This document shows, in pieces, positions 9,494-20,201 of a stretch of 64,000 nucleotides of DNA. The stretch is from Thermoleophilia bacterium. Lineage in GTDB: Bacteria > Actinomycetota > Thermoleophilia > Gaiellales > F1-60-MAGs149. Position numbers and translations under genes: made by a program. Each line of letters opens with the position of its first letter. Positions within the stretch are counted from its first letter, which is position 1. The stretch spans positions 246,795-310,794 of the forward strand of contig JBAXNN010000001.1 in assembly GCA_037133755.1 (NCBI GenBank), in the 5' to 3' direction. The notes below the pieces were generated by a model. It did no database searches. It saw only the letters and a program-made list of their open reading frames with translations, and was not told the origin of the DNA.

Positions 9494-10026
9494 CGCAGGA
9501 CGCGCAGCCCGCCGAACTTGCTCTGGTCCTCCTTGCGGGACTTGAGCCCGAACCAGATGGCGATGGCAACCAGGATGAAGCCGACGATCGGAATGATCGC
9601 GAGGGCGGCAACCACAATGCTCGCCACCGCGACGATCGCGGTCACACCCCAGCGGGTGCCACCGGCGACGACCGCGCGATCGACCATCCGCGTCGTGATC
9701 CACGCCGTGCCGGCCCCGATCGCAGCGCCGAGGACCAGTCCGATGAACGGCAGCTTGTCGCCCGCCACAATCTCGAAGGCCGCCGCGGCACCGAGGCCAC
9801 TCAGCGCTATGCGGATCGGAAACGGGAGCCCGGCACGGGCTGCGGCCTCGAGTACGCCCACCACCCACGTGACGATTGCAAACGTTGACTCCGCGGCGAA
9901 GTCGAGTGCTCCCGGAGTCCAGCCGATGATCGCGGCGATGGCAAGGACGCCGAGTGGGAGGATCGCGGCGAGCCCACAGGCGACGGCGAGTCCGGCGCCC
10001 TGGCTGACGCTGATGAGAATGTCCAT
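9490..10026 (-). CDS. Small membrane protein (DUF4126-like)
   Basis: GLAVACGL N-terminus, about 5 hydrophobic helices, C-terminal KFGGLRVLR. Confidence 0.55.
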   Translation of the reverse strand: MDILISVSQGAGLAVACGLAAILPLGVLAIAAIIGWTPGALDFAAESTFAIVTWVVGVLEAAARAGLPFPIRIALSGLGAAAAFEIVAGDKLPFIGLVLGAAIGAGTAWITTRMVDRAVVAGGTRWGVTAIVAVASIVVAALAIIPIVGFILVAIAIWFGLKSRKEDQSKFGGLRVLR

Positions 10027-10042
10027 GCGCGAATCCTACGGG

Positions 10043-10954
10043 TCAGATCAGGTAGCGCGCACCCTCGCGGTCCACATCGATCAGCGCATCGAGCACGTCG
10101 CCGAAATCGTCGCCATCCACCTGAGCCGGGAACGGCGTGTCGCAGCGGAGCTCCACGGTGGAGACGTCGTGCCAGTACGCAATGCGAGGGTCGCCGGAGC
10201 CACGGGCGTGGCGATGGTCGACGATCAGGCGCTGTGCGAAGCCGAGGACGTCGCGACGGTACATGCGGCGCGGCGCGACGATGTCGAGCCCACCATCGGC
10301 CGTTGCGGCAGGGGCGAGGTCGAGCGGCAGGGGCCCAATGTACGACCACGGTGCGAGGTTGACGGCGATCACGTACGCCACGCGCTCGGTCATGTTGCCC
10401 GTGTGGAGCGTGATGTGCGGGTGGCTGTACTGTCCGCGCGCGACGAGCTTGGCGAGCTCGCGGGCGTAGACCACGTCGGGTGAGCGCCGCTGCTTGCCGG
10501 TGCGCACCTGGCCGTCGACGCGACGCACGACGGCGGCGTCGAGACCGACGCCGCAGTTGAACGCAAAGCGTCGGCCATTGATGCAGCCGACGCGCACGCG
10601 GCGCTCCGTGCCGTCGCGCATCGCCACGGCGAGGCGGCGGGCGGCGGCGGGAATCGACGGCGGCAGACCGAGGTTGCGGGGCATCACGCTCGTGCCACCA
10701 CCCGGCAGCAGCCCGATCGGCACCTCGGCACCGATGCCGTTGAGGACCTCGTTCGATGTGCCATCGCCACCGAGCACGATGATCGCGTCGAAGCCGTTCG
10801 CGACACCTTCGCGCGCCAGCTGCGAGGCGTGGCCCGGAAACGTCGTGCGCGCGATCTCGACCGTCGCTGCCTCCTCCAGCTCGCGCTGCGCCGTGCGTTC
10901 GACCGCGGAATTGACGCGGGAGGCAACCGGATTGACGATGAGGAGGGCTCGCAT
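10043..10954 (-). CDS. Diacylglycerol/lipid kinase family protein (YegS/DAGK)
   Basis: IVNPVA, GGDGT.NEVLNG, LPGGGT, GVGLDA, QVDGD. Confidence 0.9.
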   Translation of the reverse strand: MRALLIVNPVASRVNSAVERTAQRELEEAATVEIARTTFPGHASQLAREGVANGFDAIIVLGGDGTSNEVLNGIGAEVPIGLLPGGGTSVMPRNLGLPPSIPAAARRLAVAMRDGTERRVRVGCINGRRFAFNCGVGLDAAVVRRVDGQVRTGKQRRSPDVVYARELAKLVARGQYSHPHITLHTGNMTERVAYVIAVNLAPWSYIGPLPLDLAPAATADGGLDIVAPRRMYRRDVLGFAQRLIVDHRHARGSGDPRIAYWHDVSTVELRCDTPFPAQVDGDDFGDVLDALIDVDREGARYLI

Positions 10955-11039
10955 GGGGGACTGGACCAGTTGGCGGGATTTCTGCGTCTTCACCGAGACG
11001 CTACCCCGTCACAGGGATCGATGGGTAGGATACCGGGAG

Positions 11040-11276
11040 ATGGACACCATTCCCGAGCGATTCTCCCGCGCGGCCGGCCAGGCCCCCCGCGCCACCGTTG
11101 CCGCCTATGCGATGGCCGTCTTGACGGCCGCTGTCGCCCTGACCGTCGGCCTGATCGGCGGTACCGCCTACACGATTGCCATCGGCGTCGGTGCTGCGAT
11201 CGGCAGCGCCGTCACCTGGGCCGTGATCGGCACGATCGTCGCGCTCATCGCGCAGATCGCCGACAACAAGCGATAG
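11040..11276 (+). CDS. Small two-TM hypothetical membrane protein (78 aa)
   Basis: ATG 11040 preceded by GGAG and TAGGAT; two hydrophobic helices; coding-like codon usage. Confidence 0.6.
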   Translation: MDTIPERFSRAAGQAPRATVAAYAMAVLTAAVALTVGLIGGTAYTIAIGVGAAIGSAVTWAVIGTIVALIAQIADNKR

Positions 11277-11316
11277 CTGCTGACGGCCGCGTTCGCGGTC
11301 GGATGCTCCAACGGGT

Positions 11317-11356
11317 CCGGCGGGGCCGGACCTCAGAAGAGGCCCGGCCCCGCCGG
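11317..11356. terminator. 18-bp GC-rich hairpin between convergent genes
   Basis: CCGGCGGGGCCGGACCTC-AGAA-GAGGCCCGGCCCCGCCGG with one mismatch; no U-tract. Confidence 0.6.
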
Positions 11357-11384
11357 GGGTGATCGTCGGCTGCGGAGGAGTAGC

Positions 11385-12659
11385 TCAGCCGGCGAGTGCG
11401 GTGGGATCCTGCGGCTGGTCGCCGAGGGTCACGCTGATCTGCTTGCTCTGACCGTCGCTGGTCTTGACGGTCAACTCGAGCTTGTCGCCAGGCTTGCTGG
11501 CGGAGACGGCCGCCTGGAGATCGGCGGTGTTCTCAATCTTCTTGCCGTTGGCCTCGACGACGACCTCGCCGCCGATGGCGTAGGTCTGACCACCGATCGT
11601 GACGTCGCCTGTCGAACCCTTCAGGCCGGCCTTGTCGGCGGGCGAACCCTTCGTCACCTTCGCGATCATGGCGCCGTAGTCGGAGCCGATCTTGACCTGC
11701 GAGGCGAGCGTCGGATCAACATCGGTCAGCTGGACGCCGAGCCAGGCGTGCTGTGCCTTGCCGCCGTTCATCAGCTGCGACGCGACCTCCTTGACCAGGT
11801 TGATCGGGATCGCGAAGCCGATGCCGACGTTGCCGGAATTGGCCTGGCCACCCGTGTCGATCTGCGAGTTGATGCCGATGACCTTGCCGTTCATGTCGAG
11901 CAGCGGGCCACCCGAGTTGCCGTGGTTGATCGCGGCGTCCGTCTGGATCGCGCCGTCGATCGTGAAGCCGTTCGGCGCCTGGATCTGGCGGGCCATCGCG
12001 GAGATGATGCCGCTCGTGACCGTGCGGTCCTGACCGAACGGGTTGCCGATGGCGACGACGGGGGCACCAACCTGCAGGTCGCTCGACGAGCCGAGCTGCA
12101 TGACGGTCAGGGCCGAGGCCGGGACGTCCACCTTCAGCACGGCGACGTCGGTCGCGTTATCGACACCGATGACCTTCGCCTGCACCTTCTCGTTGTTCGA
12201 GAAGGAGACCGAGATCGCGCCCTGCGCGCCGTCGACGACGTGCGCGTTGGTGAGGATGTGGCCCTCCTTGTCGATCACGAAGCCTGAGCCGAGGCCGCCG
12301 GAGTGCTCGATGCGGACGACGCCCGCGCCCTCCTGCTTGTACATCTGCGCGATGCTCATCTGGCCATCGGTCGAGGCAGGGGCAACGACGGCGTTCGAGC
12401 TGCTGGCGTTGCTCGAGGGCTGTGCGACTTCGCGAACCACGGTCGTGGTCGAGCCGCCCTCGTGGTTGACGATCGCGGCCGTACCGCCGGCGGCGAGGCC
12501 GGCCGAGAGCAGCGAGGCGATCAGGACCGGCACGACGATGCGCGAGCCACGCGGCTTCTTGTTCTGGTTCGCAGCGGCCGGCGGAGGCGTCGTCGAGTAC
12601 GGGGTGTAGTGCGAGGGAGTAGGCGTATCGCCCGAGTTGGGAGTCCAGTTGCTGTCCAT
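11385..12659 (-). CDS. htrA: HtrA/DegP-family serine protease with PDZ domain
   Basis: GSGF, TNAHVV, DVAVL, IQTDAAINHGNSGGPL; TM anchor; C-terminal PDZ. Confidence 0.95.
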   Translation of the reverse strand: MDSNWTPNSGDTPTPSHYTPYSTTPPPAAANQNKKPRGSRIVVPVLIASLLSAGLAAGGTAAIVNHEGGSTTTVVREVAQPSSNASSSNAVVAPASTDGQMSIAQMYKQEGAGVVRIEHSGGLGSGFVIDKEGHILTNAHVVDGAQGAISVSFSNNEKVQAKVIGVDNATDVAVLKVDVPASALTVMQLGSSSDLQVGAPVVAIGNPFGQDRTVTSGIISAMARQIQAPNGFTIDGAIQTDAAINHGNSGGPLLDMNGKVIGINSQIDTGGQANSGNVGIGFAIPINLVKEVASQLMNGGKAQHAWLGVQLTDVDPTLASQVKIGSDYGAMIAKVTKGSPADKAGLKGSTGDVTIGGQTYAIGGEVVVEANGKKIENTADLQAAVSASKPGDKLELTVKTSDGQSKQISVTLGDQPQDPTALAG

Positions 12660-12763
12660 GGCTCTAGTTGTAGAACCGGGCTGTGAACGCCGGTTGGCGT
12701 TTGTGTTGCGCTTGCGTTAAGCGGAAACGCCGGCGATGGCCTGCGAACGGCTAGGGTTCGCCC

Positions 12764-14269
12764 GTGTCCGCGCTCCGGCTCTACGCCCTCGTGTTCATCG
12801 CGGGGCTTTGCTCCCTGGGCGTGGAACTGACCGCCGCGCGCCTGCTGGCACCGTTCTTCGGTACCTCAACGCTGGTCTGGGCGAACGTGATTGGTCTGAC
12901 GCTCCTGTACCTGTCGGTCGGATACTGGCTCGGTGGTCGTATCGCCGATCGCTGGCCGACACCGCGCCAGCTGGGGTACTGCGTGCTGCTGGCGGCCGCT
13001 GCGATCGCGATCCTGCCGTTCATCACGCGCCCGTTCCTCTCGGCAGCGACCGACGCCTTCTCGTCGGTGCAGACCGGTCTGGTGCTCAGCTCGTTCGCCG
13101 CGGTGCTGATCATGTTTGCGGTGCCGATCACGGCGCTCGGAGCGGTAGCGCCGTGGGCGATCCGACTCGCGGTGCACTCGGTCGAGGAGGCTGGCCGCGT
13201 CTCCGGGCGTCTCTACGCGCTGTCGACCGTCGGCTCGCTGGTCGGCACGTTCCTGAGCGTGCTCGTCCTCGTACCGTGGATCGGGACCCGTCGCACGCTG
13301 CTCGTGTTCGCCTTCCTCCTGGCCCTCGCGGCTCTGCCCCTGCTGCCGCGCCGCGCCGCACTCGTCCCGCTGGCCGTGGCCCTCCTCCTGCTCGTGCCGG
13401 AGCAGGGCGTCAAGGCGGCTCCCGGTGATCGCGTGGTGTGGGAGGGCGAGACGCCGTACCAGTTTGCGCAGATCGTCGATGACGCCAGCGGCGAGCGCAT
13501 CCTGCGCCTCAACGAAGGATGGGCAACGCACTCGATCAAGCCGGGACCAACGGGGTTGGTCGGCGGCTACTGGGATCGCCTGCTGTGTTTGCCGCCGGCG
13601 ATTGGGAAGTCCGAAGACGGCCGCCTCGCGGTGCTCGGGAACGCGGGCGGCACGACCGCAGTGCAGTACGCGCGGTTCTGGCCCACGTGGCAGATCGACG
13701 GCGTCGAGATCGATTCGACCGTCTCCGACCTCGGCTACCGCTATCTCGGCATGCGCGAGGCCAACCTCGCGCTGCACACGGCCGACGCGCGGCCGTGGCT
13801 CGATCAGTCCGACGATCGCTTCGACGGGATCGTCGTCGATGCCTATCGCCAGCCGTACATCCCGTTTCACCTGATCACGCAGGAGTTCTTCCGCAGCGTG
13901 CGTGATCACCTCGCGCCCGGCGGCGCCGTGATGATCAACGTCGGCGCGCCGCCTGGGCATGACCAGGCGCTCGCCGCGATCGCGCAGACGATGGCGACCG
14001 TCTTCCCGATCGTCGAGCAGGCGCGCGTCAACGACTTCAACACGATCGTCTGGGGCTATCGCGATGCGGGCACGGCCACGGGGGCGCACGCCCGGCTGGC
14101 TGCGGCGCCGCAACCGCTGACGCAGACCTGTGGCAGCCTCGCGCACGACGCGGTGAAGATCGCACCGACGGCAGACCCGCTGACCGACGACCACGCCCCC
14201 ATCGAGTGGCTCACGGACTCGGCGCTCCTCTCCTATCTGCAGGACGGCGCTCCCGGCGCGGAGCGCTGA
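12764..14269 (+). CDS. Fused membrane domain/spermidine synthase-like SAM-dependent protein
   Basis: About 7 N-terminal TMs with GRLYALSTVGS; ETPYQ, LGNAGG, VEID, DAR, VVDAY. Confidence 0.85.
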   Translation: MSALRLYALVFIAGLCSLGVELTAARLLAPFFGTSTLVWANVIGLTLLYLSVGYWLGGRIADRWPTPRQLGYCVLLAAAAIAILPFITRPFLSAATDAFSSVQTGLVLSSFAAVLIMFAVPITALGAVAPWAIRLAVHSVEEAGRVSGRLYALSTVGSLVGTFLSVLVLVPWIGTRRTLLVFAFLLALAALPLLPRRAALVPLAVALLLLVPEQGVKAAPGDRVVWEGETPYQFAQIVDDASGERILRLNEGWATHSIKPGPTGLVGGYWDRLLCLPPAIGKSEDGRLAVLGNAGGTTAVQYARFWPTWQIDGVEIDSTVSDLGYRYLGMREANLALHTADARPWLDQSDDRFDGIVVDAYRQPYIPFHLITQEFFRSVRDHLAPGGAVMINVGAPPGHDQALAAIAQTMATVFPIVEQARVNDFNTIVWGYRDAGTATGAHARLAAAPQPLTQTCGSLAHDAVKIAPTADPLTDDHAPIEWLTDSALLSYLQDGAPGAER

Positions 14270-14432
14270 GGGCGCCCTTCCGTCATACCCGCGATTTGCG
14301 ACCTGTTCGGGTACCCTCATTCGGTCGCCCTAACTTCGCTACTGTAGGTAGTCCAACCCGCCCGTACGGGCGAAAGATTCGCTTACCAACGCCTTTTTCG
14401 AACCGACCGCGAACGATCCACCAGGAGCCACC

Positions 14433-15206
14433 GTGCCCGATCTCGTCATCCGCAATCTGCACGCCAACATCGCCGACTCCGATACGGAGATCCTCAAGGG
14501 CATCGACCTTGAGCTGTCGAAGGGCGAAATCCACGCGATCATGGGCCCCAACGGCTCGGGTAAGTCGACGCTCAGCCATGTCCTGATGGGCCATCCCGGC
14601 TACGAGGTGACCGAGGGCGAGATCATCTTCGAGGGCGAGAACCTCCTCGACATGGCCGCCGACGAGCGCTCGCGCGCCGGGCTGTTCCTGTCGTTCCAGT
14701 ACCCGTTTGCCGTCCCCGGCGTGACCGTCGCGAACTTCATCCGCATGGCCGTCAACGCGCATCGCAAGGGCGGCCCTGACGGCGCCGACGATCCGATCCG
14801 CATCCCCGAGTTCCGCAAGCAGTTGCAGGACGCGATGGAGATGCTCGAGATCGACAAGTCGATGTCGTCGCGCTCCCTCAACGACGGTTTCTCCGGCGGC
14901 GAGAAGAAGCGCTTCGAGATCCTGCAGATGGCAATGCTCAAGCCGAAGCTCGCGATCCTCGACGAGACCGACTCCGGCCTCGACATCGACGCGCTCCGCA
15001 TCGTGTCGGGCGGCATCAACGCACTGATGGGTCCCGACATGGGCACCCTGATCATCACGCACTACCAGCGCATCCTCGACTACGTGGAGCCCGATCGCAT
15101 CCACGTGCTCGTCGATGGGCGGATCGTCCGTTCCGGTGGCCCCGAGCTGGCCAAGGAACTTGAAACCACCGGCTATGCCGAGCTCGCGAAAGAGACGGTT
15201 TCCTGA
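14433..15206 (+). CDS. sufC: Fe-S cluster assembly ATPase SufC
   Basis: [35 protein letters not shown]; AGGAG RBS. Confidence 0.97.
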   Translation: MPDLVIRNLHANIADSDTEILKGIDLELSKGEIHAIMGPNGSGKSTLSHVLMGHPGYEVTEGEIIFEGENLLDMAADERSRAGLFLSFQYPFAVPGVTVANFIRMAVNAHRKGGPDGADDPIRIPEFRKQLQDAMEMLEIDKSMSSRSLNDGFSGGEKKRFEILQMAMLKPKLAILDETDSGLDIDALRIVSGGINALMGPDMGTLIITHYQRILDYVEPDRIHVLVDGRIVRSGGPELAKELETTGYAELAKETVS

Positions 15207-16606
15207 TGAGCGAAGTTGCTGACGTCGATCTCGGCGAATACAAGTACGGGTTCCACGACGAGGAGAACCCCGTCATCAAGATCGAGCGCGGCCTCAACGA
15301 GGACGTGATTCGCCAGATCTCCGCCCACAAGGGCGAGCCGGAGTGGATGCTCGACTTCCGCCTCGAGGCCTACAAGATCTTCCTCTCGAAGCCCATGCCG
15401 AACTGGGGCTCCGACCTCAGCGGGATCGACTTCGAGAACATCTTCTACTACCTCAAGCCGACCGAGCACAACGCCCGTTCGTGGGACGACGTGCCGGACA
15501 CGATCAAGAACACGTTCGAGCGCCTGGGCATCCCGGAGGCGGAGCGCAAGTTCCTCGCCGGTGTCGGCGCACAGTACGAGTCCGAGGTCATCTACCACAG
15601 CCTCAAGAAGGAGCTCGAGGACCAGGGCATCCTGTTCCTCGACACCGACCAGGCGCTGCTGCAGCACGAGGACATCTTCCGCGAGTACTTCGGCACGATC
15701 ATCCCGTCTGCGGATAACAAGTTCTCGGCGCTCAACTCGGCCGTGTGGTCGGGTGGCTCGTTCATCTACGTGCCGCCGGGCGTCCGCATCGAGCAGCCGC
15801 TGCAGGCCTACTTCCGCATCAACGCAGAGAACATGGGTCAGTTCGAGCGCACGCTGATCATCGTCGACGAGGGTGCCTACGTGCACTACGTCGAGGGCTG
15901 CACCGCCCCGACCTACTCGTCCGACTCGCTGCACTCCGCGGTCGTCGAGATCATCGTCAAGAAGGGCGGCCGCTGCCGCTACACGACGATCCAGAACTGG
16001 TCGAACAACGTCTACAACCTCGTCACCAAGCGCGCAGTGGCCGAGGAGGACGCGACGATGGAATGGGTCGACGGCAACCTCGGCTCGAAGGTCACGATGA
16101 AGTACCCCGCGGTGATCCTCAAGGGCGAGCGCGCCCACGGCGAGATCCTGTCGATCGCCTTCGCCGGCGAGGGCCAGCACCAGGACGCCGGTGGCAAGGT
16201 CACGCACGTCGCGCCGAACACGACCTCGGTGATCACCTCGAAGTCGATCTCGAAGGACGGTGGTCGCTCCTCATACCGCGGTCTGCTGCGCGTCAACAAG
16301 GAGGCCGAGGGCTCGAAGTCCAAGGTCGTCTGCGACGCGCTGATCATCGACCCCGAGTCGCGCACCGACACGTACCCGTACATCAACATCCTCGCCGACC
16401 AGGTCGACATCGGCCACGAGGCGACGGTCTCGAAGCTCGGTGAGGAGCAGATCTACTACCTGATGAGCCGTGGCCTGTCCGAGGCCGAGGCCTCGGCACT
16501 GATCGTCGCCGGCTTCGTCGAGCCGATCACGAAGGAACTGCCGCTCGAGTACGCGGTCGAGCTCAATCGTCTGATTCAGTTGCAGATGGAAGGCTCCGTC
16601 GGATGA
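15206..16606 (+). CDS. sufB: Fe-S cluster assembly protein SufB
   Basis: [47 protein letters not shown]. Confidence 0.97.
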   Translation: MSEVADVDLGEYKYGFHDEENPVIKIERGLNEDVIRQISAHKGEPEWMLDFRLEAYKIFLSKPMPNWGSDLSGIDFENIFYYLKPTEHNARSWDDVPDTIKNTFERLGIPEAERKFLAGVGAQYESEVIYHSLKKELEDQGILFLDTDQALLQHEDIFREYFGTIIPSADNKFSALNSAVWSGGSFIYVPPGVRIEQPLQAYFRINAENMGQFERTLIIVDEGAYVHYVEGCTAPTYSSDSLHSAVVEIIVKKGGRCRYTTIQNWSNNVYNLVTKRAVAEEDATMEWVDGNLGSKVTMKYPAVILKGERAHGEILSIAFAGEGQHQDAGGKVTHVAPNTTSVITSKSISKDGGRSSYRGLLRVNKEAEGSKSKVVCDALIIDPESRTDTYPYINILADQVDIGHEATVSKLGEEQIYYLMSRGLSEAEASALIVAGFVEPITKELPLEYAVELNRLIQLQMEGSVG

Positions 16607-17823
16607 GCACGTGGCTCGAGACGCGGCGCAAGGTCGCAGCCGAGTCGAGCGAGGCGTTGGGCGTTCCGTCGCTCAGCGATGAGCACTGGCGCTTCACATC
16701 GCTGCGTGGCATCGACTTCGCTCGCTTCGCCACGTCGGAGCAGGCGACCGCGGGAGAGATCAGCGGCGCGATTCTGGCCGAGGGCGACCACGCTGGGCGC
16801 CTGATCATGCGTGACGGTGGCGTTGTCGCCGAGGAGCTGCTTGCCGACGTCTCTGCGCAGGGTGTCGTCTTCGGTAGCCTCGCTCGGCTCGCCGACGAGC
16901 ACGCCGCGCTGATCGAGCCGATCCTCGGCACGATCGTGGGCTACGACGAGCGGTTCGCCGCCGAGAACGGCGCCCTTTGGACCGACGGCCTGCTGTTGCA
17001 CGTGCCGGCCGGCGTGAAGGTACAGCTGCCGTTTCACACCGCGTACGAGATCGCCACGCCCGAGTCCGCGCAGCAGTGGCGCGTGATCGTGTCGCTGGGC
17101 GAAGGAGCCGAGGCCACGCTCGTCGAGGAGCACCTGCCTGGCCAGCCGGGCTATGCCAACGGCGTTGCCGAGCTCGTGCTCGCGGAGACCGCGCACCTCA
17201 CCTACGTCGTGGTCCAAGACCGCAACGATGCATCGCTGCACTTCGCCGCGCATCGCGCTGAGATCGCGAAGGACGCCACGCTGGAATGGTCGGCCTGCTC
17301 GATGGGCGCCAAGACCGGCAAGACCCGGATGGAGACGCGCCTGATCGGTGAGGGCTCGACCGGCCGCCTCAGCGCCGTCTATGTCGTCAACGGCAAGCGC
17401 CATCTCGACCTCGACACGACGCAAGAGCACGACGCCCCCAATGCCGTCTCGGACCTCGCGTTCAAGGGCGTGTTGCTTGATGACGCGCGCTCCGTCTGGC
17501 GTGGCGTGATCCGCGTCGCCGAGGGTGCGCACGGCACCGACGCGTATCAGGAGAACCGCAACCTGATGCTGTCGCCGACGGCGCGCGCCGACTCGATTCC
17601 CGGTCTCGAGATCGACACGAACGACGTTCGCTGCACTCATGGTGCGACGGCAGGTCCGGTTGACGCGATGCTCAAGTTCTATCTGATGAGCCGCGGCATT
17701 CCGCAGGCCGAGGCCGAGCGCATGATCGTCGAGGGCTTCCTCGAGGAGGCGCTCGAGCGCATTCCGGATCTCCGTATCCGCGAGGCGCTCACCACGGCCG
17801 TCATGCGCCGCGTGCCCGTCTGA
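16603..17823 (+). CDS. sufD: Fe-S cluster assembly protein SufD
   Basis: [31 protein letters not shown]; ATGA overlap with sufB. Confidence 0.95.
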   Translation: MSTWLETRRKVAAESSEALGVPSLSDEHWRFTSLRGIDFARFATSEQATAGEISGAILAEGDHAGRLIMRDGGVVAEELLADVSAQGVVFGSLARLADEHAALIEPILGTIVGYDERFAAENGALWTDGLLLHVPAGVKVQLPFHTAYEIATPESAQQWRVIVSLGEGAEATLVEEHLPGQPGYANGVAELVLAETAHLTYVVVQDRNDASLHFAAHRAEIAKDATLEWSACSMGAKTGKTRMETRLIGEGSTGRLSAVYVVNGKRHLDLDTTQEHDAPNAVSDLAFKGVLLDDARSVWRGVIRVAEGAHGTDAYQENRNLMLSPTARADSIPGLEIDTNDVRCTHGATAGPVDAMLKFYLMSRGIPQAEAERMIVEGFLEEALERIPDLRIREALTTAVMRRVPV

Positions 17824-17824
17824 G

Positions 17825-19387
17825 CTAGCGGCGGCGCGGGACGACCACGGACGGTGTCGCCGAGGCGAGAGGGCCGTTGGTCGGCGAGAACGAGGCGTTC
17901 AGGGTGTAGGTCGTTGATCGCTTGCGTGCCAGCGCACGGCCGGCGGCCTTCATCACGCACTTGACGCGGTACGTGCCAGCGGCGGTCACGCGCTTGGACA
18001 CGTTGCAGTAGCGGTCGCCCTTGTACGTCATTGCCGCCGCGATCACGCCGGCGCTGGTCGTCGTGACGTTGAAGGCCACGCCGACGCCCTTCTTCGTATA
18101 CGTGACGGTGGCTGGGCCAACCGCCAGAACGCGTGCGCGGTTGTCCTTGCGCGGCGTCACCTTGGTCGAGGCGGTACTGGCCGCACTGGTGCCCGCGACG
18201 TTCGTGGCGGTAACGGTGAAGGTGTACGCCGTGCCGTTCTTGAGGCCGGTGAACAGACAGGTGGTGGCACCGGTCGTCGTACACGTTGCGCCACCGGGTG
18301 AGGCCGTGGCGGTGTAGCGGGTGATCGGCGCACCGCCGGTGTCGGTCGGGGCGGTCCAGCTGAGGGCGGCGACGGTATCGCCCGGATCAGCAACCGCTGC
18401 GGTGGGAGCGCCGGGGACCGCGGCGGGGCAGACGGCGATGCTCGTGACGCCACTGGCGACGGCGCCGCTCACCATCGTGACCGGCGAGCCAGCCGCGTTC
18501 GTCACGGTGACCTGGCTGTAATCCGTGGCGTAGACCGTGGAGCTATCCGGGCTCACGGCCACGTCCCTGACAGCAAACGAGGCCCCCGAGCCGATCGACG
18601 TGAGCGCGCCCCCGCTGATCGATGCGGTCATGAGCGAATCGCGGCCGACCGCAGCGGTGCCGAGGTAGAGCCTGGTGCCATCGGGAGAGATCGCGATCGC
18701 GGTCGGCTGGCCGGCCATGTCGCTGAAAAGCGTGCTCGCCGTCGAGCCCGTCAGGAGCGCGGAAGAAACGGAGAAGGGGGTGTCGTTGGCCGTGTAGGCA
18801 GTCGTGGCCGAGCGCGCAATGGCGCTGGCCGTGGCGCCGAGCGGGAACGTCGTCTGCACCGCGCCGGTTGCGGTCGAGCGCGCCGTCAGGTCGGTGCCCG
18901 CGGTCACGTACAGCAGCGAGCCGTCAGCGCTCACGACGGCGTCCGTCGGTGACGTGCCGGCCGGGTAGGAGCCAGTCACCGTCAGCGTCGTCGTATCCAC
19001 GACCGAGAACGTGTTGCTGCCGCTGTTGACGACGTAGGCACGGGTGCCATCCGGTGCGACCGCGATCGCGACCGGCGTGTTCAGCCCGCCGATGCTCGCG
19101 CTGATCGTGTTCGTCGAGGTGTCGACGACGCGGACGAGGTTGGCAGCGGTGTCGACGGCGTAGGCGCTGCGTCCATCGGGCGAAATCGCGACATCGGAGA
19201 ACTGGCTGCCGGCGCCGGTGAGCGTGGCGGTGACGGCGTTGGTGGACGTCGAGAAGCGCTGGATCGTGCCGGTTGACGTCACGAGGTAGCCAGAACCCGC
19301 GCACGTGGCAGCAGAGGCAGTGGAGACGAGCCCGAGCACCGCCCCGAGGGCGACGACGAGCATCGCCAGAGAGCGAGCAGCGTGCAT
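17825..19387 (-). CDS. Secreted YVTN/YncE-type beta-propeller protein with FN3 and basic C-terminal domain
   Basis: Signal peptide; repeated (I/V)SPDG..AY(V) blades; FN3 (WTAP, TGLKNGTAYTFTVTATN); TATGCT box 6 nt before ATG. Confidence 0.85.
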   Translation of the reverse strand: MHAARSLAMLVVALGAVLGLVSTASAATCAGSGYLVTSTGTIQRFSTSTNAVTATLTGAGSQFSDVAISPDGRSAYAVDTAANLVRVVDTSTNTISASIGGLNTPVAIAVAPDGTRAYVVNSGSNTFSVVDTTTLTVTGSYPAGTSPTDAVVSADGSLLYVTAGTDLTARSTATGAVQTTFPLGATASAIARSATTAYTANDTPFSVSSALLTGSTASTLFSDMAGQPTAIAISPDGTRLYLGTAAVGRDSLMTASISGGALTSIGSGASFAVRDVAVSPDSSTVYATDYSQVTVTNAAGSPVTMVSGAVASGVTSIAVCPAAVPGAPTAAVADPGDTVAALSWTAPTDTGGAPITRYTATASPGGATCTTTGATTCLFTGLKNGTAYTFTVTATNVAGTSAASTASTKVTPRKDNRARVLAVGPATVTYTKKGVGVAFNVTTTSAGVIAAAMTYKGDRYCNVSKRVTAAGTYRVKCVMKAAGRALARKRSTTYTLNASFSPTNGPLASATPSVVVPRRR

Positions 19388-19558
19388 GGGCTCAGCATAC
19401 GACCGTTTTGGCGCGGTTCCTGTCTCCATGAGCGGGAAGCCGTTGCGCATGCACGGGAAAGCGACGATTGCATGTCCCTTTGGCGCCGAACTCCGTGCGT
19501 CCAGCGTCTCTCTCCCTCGGCCATGCTTCAGCCATGGCGCAGATCGCACCAGCTCACG

Positions 19559-19580
19559 TGTATGGCATCATGTATGGCAT
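19559..19580 (+). promoter_or_regulatory. Tandem TGTATGGCAT repeat overlapping the antitoxin start; putative vapBC operator
   Basis: Two 10-bp copies (19559-19568 and 19571-19580) at the start of an RHH antitoxin. Confidence 0.45.
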
Positions 19581-19800
19581 GCACCGCACGACGATTTATC
19601 TGCCCGAGGATATGAAGGCACGGGTCGCGCAAATGGCTCAGATACAGCGGATTACCGAGGCTGAGTTCATTCGCAGTGCGATCGAGAAGGCGCTGGAACG
19701 CCCGCGCCCGCGCGGCGGGCTCTTTCATTCCGGCGATCCGACCTGGGCATCGCGTGATGAGGAATTGCTCGCCGAGGGGTTCGGTGAATGGGAGTCCTAA
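19579..19800 (+). CDS. vapB: RHH/CopG-family antitoxin (VapB)
   Basis: RTTIYLPEDMK RHH motif, EAEFIRSAI, PRPRGGLF, GFGE; overlaps the PIN gene. Confidence 0.88.
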   Translation: MHRTTIYLPEDMKARVAQMAQIQRITEAEFIRSAIEKALERPRPRGGLFHSGDPTWASRDEELLAEGFGEWES

Positions 19801-20201
19801 TCGATACAAGCGCCTTTCTGCACTTCTTCGACGGTGACGCGGAGTACCACGCAGTGATCAGCGCTCTCGTGGACGCGGAGCGGGACCCCCTCGTGATCAG
19901 CCCGTTTGTGCTGGCCGAGCTTGACTACCTGATCGCCCGCCGGTTCACCGCGCACCATGCGCGACAGGCCATGCAGGAACTGGTGGGGGGCGCGTATCAC
20001 CTCGTGGACTTCGGGTGGGAAGAGGTCCAACGTGCGTTGCGCGTGATCGATCGCTTTTCCGACCGTCGACTGGGTCTCACCGACGCGTCGCTCCTCGAGA
20101 TCGCTGATCGCCTGCAGATCTCCACGATCTTCACGCTCGACCGCCGCGACTTCGACGGCCTCGTCCGCTCGGACGGGACGCCGCTGACGATCCTGCCCTA
20201 G
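19788..20201 (+). CDS. vapC: PIN-domain toxin (VapC)
   Basis: LIDTS, LAELDY, LGLTDAS, FTLDRRDF acidic PIN residues. Confidence 0.92.
   Translation: MGVLIDTSAFLHFFDGDAEYHAVISALVDAERDPLVISPFVLAELDYLIARRFTAHHARQAMQELVGGAYHLVDFGWEEVQRALRVIDRFSDRRLGLTDASLLEIADRLQISTIFTLDRRDFDGLVRSDGTPLTILP

Noticed and set aside
9494-9868. N-terminal extensions of several ORF-track calls (GT87-like, rodA, RR, GAF kinase, FlgD protein)
   Set aside because: They overlap neighbouring genes; internal starts with stop/start overlaps or -10 boxes fit better.
14270-14432. Possible SufR/Rrf2 operator upstream of sufC (TACCCG...CGGGTA)
   Set aside because: Only a 6-bp inverted repeat, no cognate regulator adjacent, and plausible by chance.
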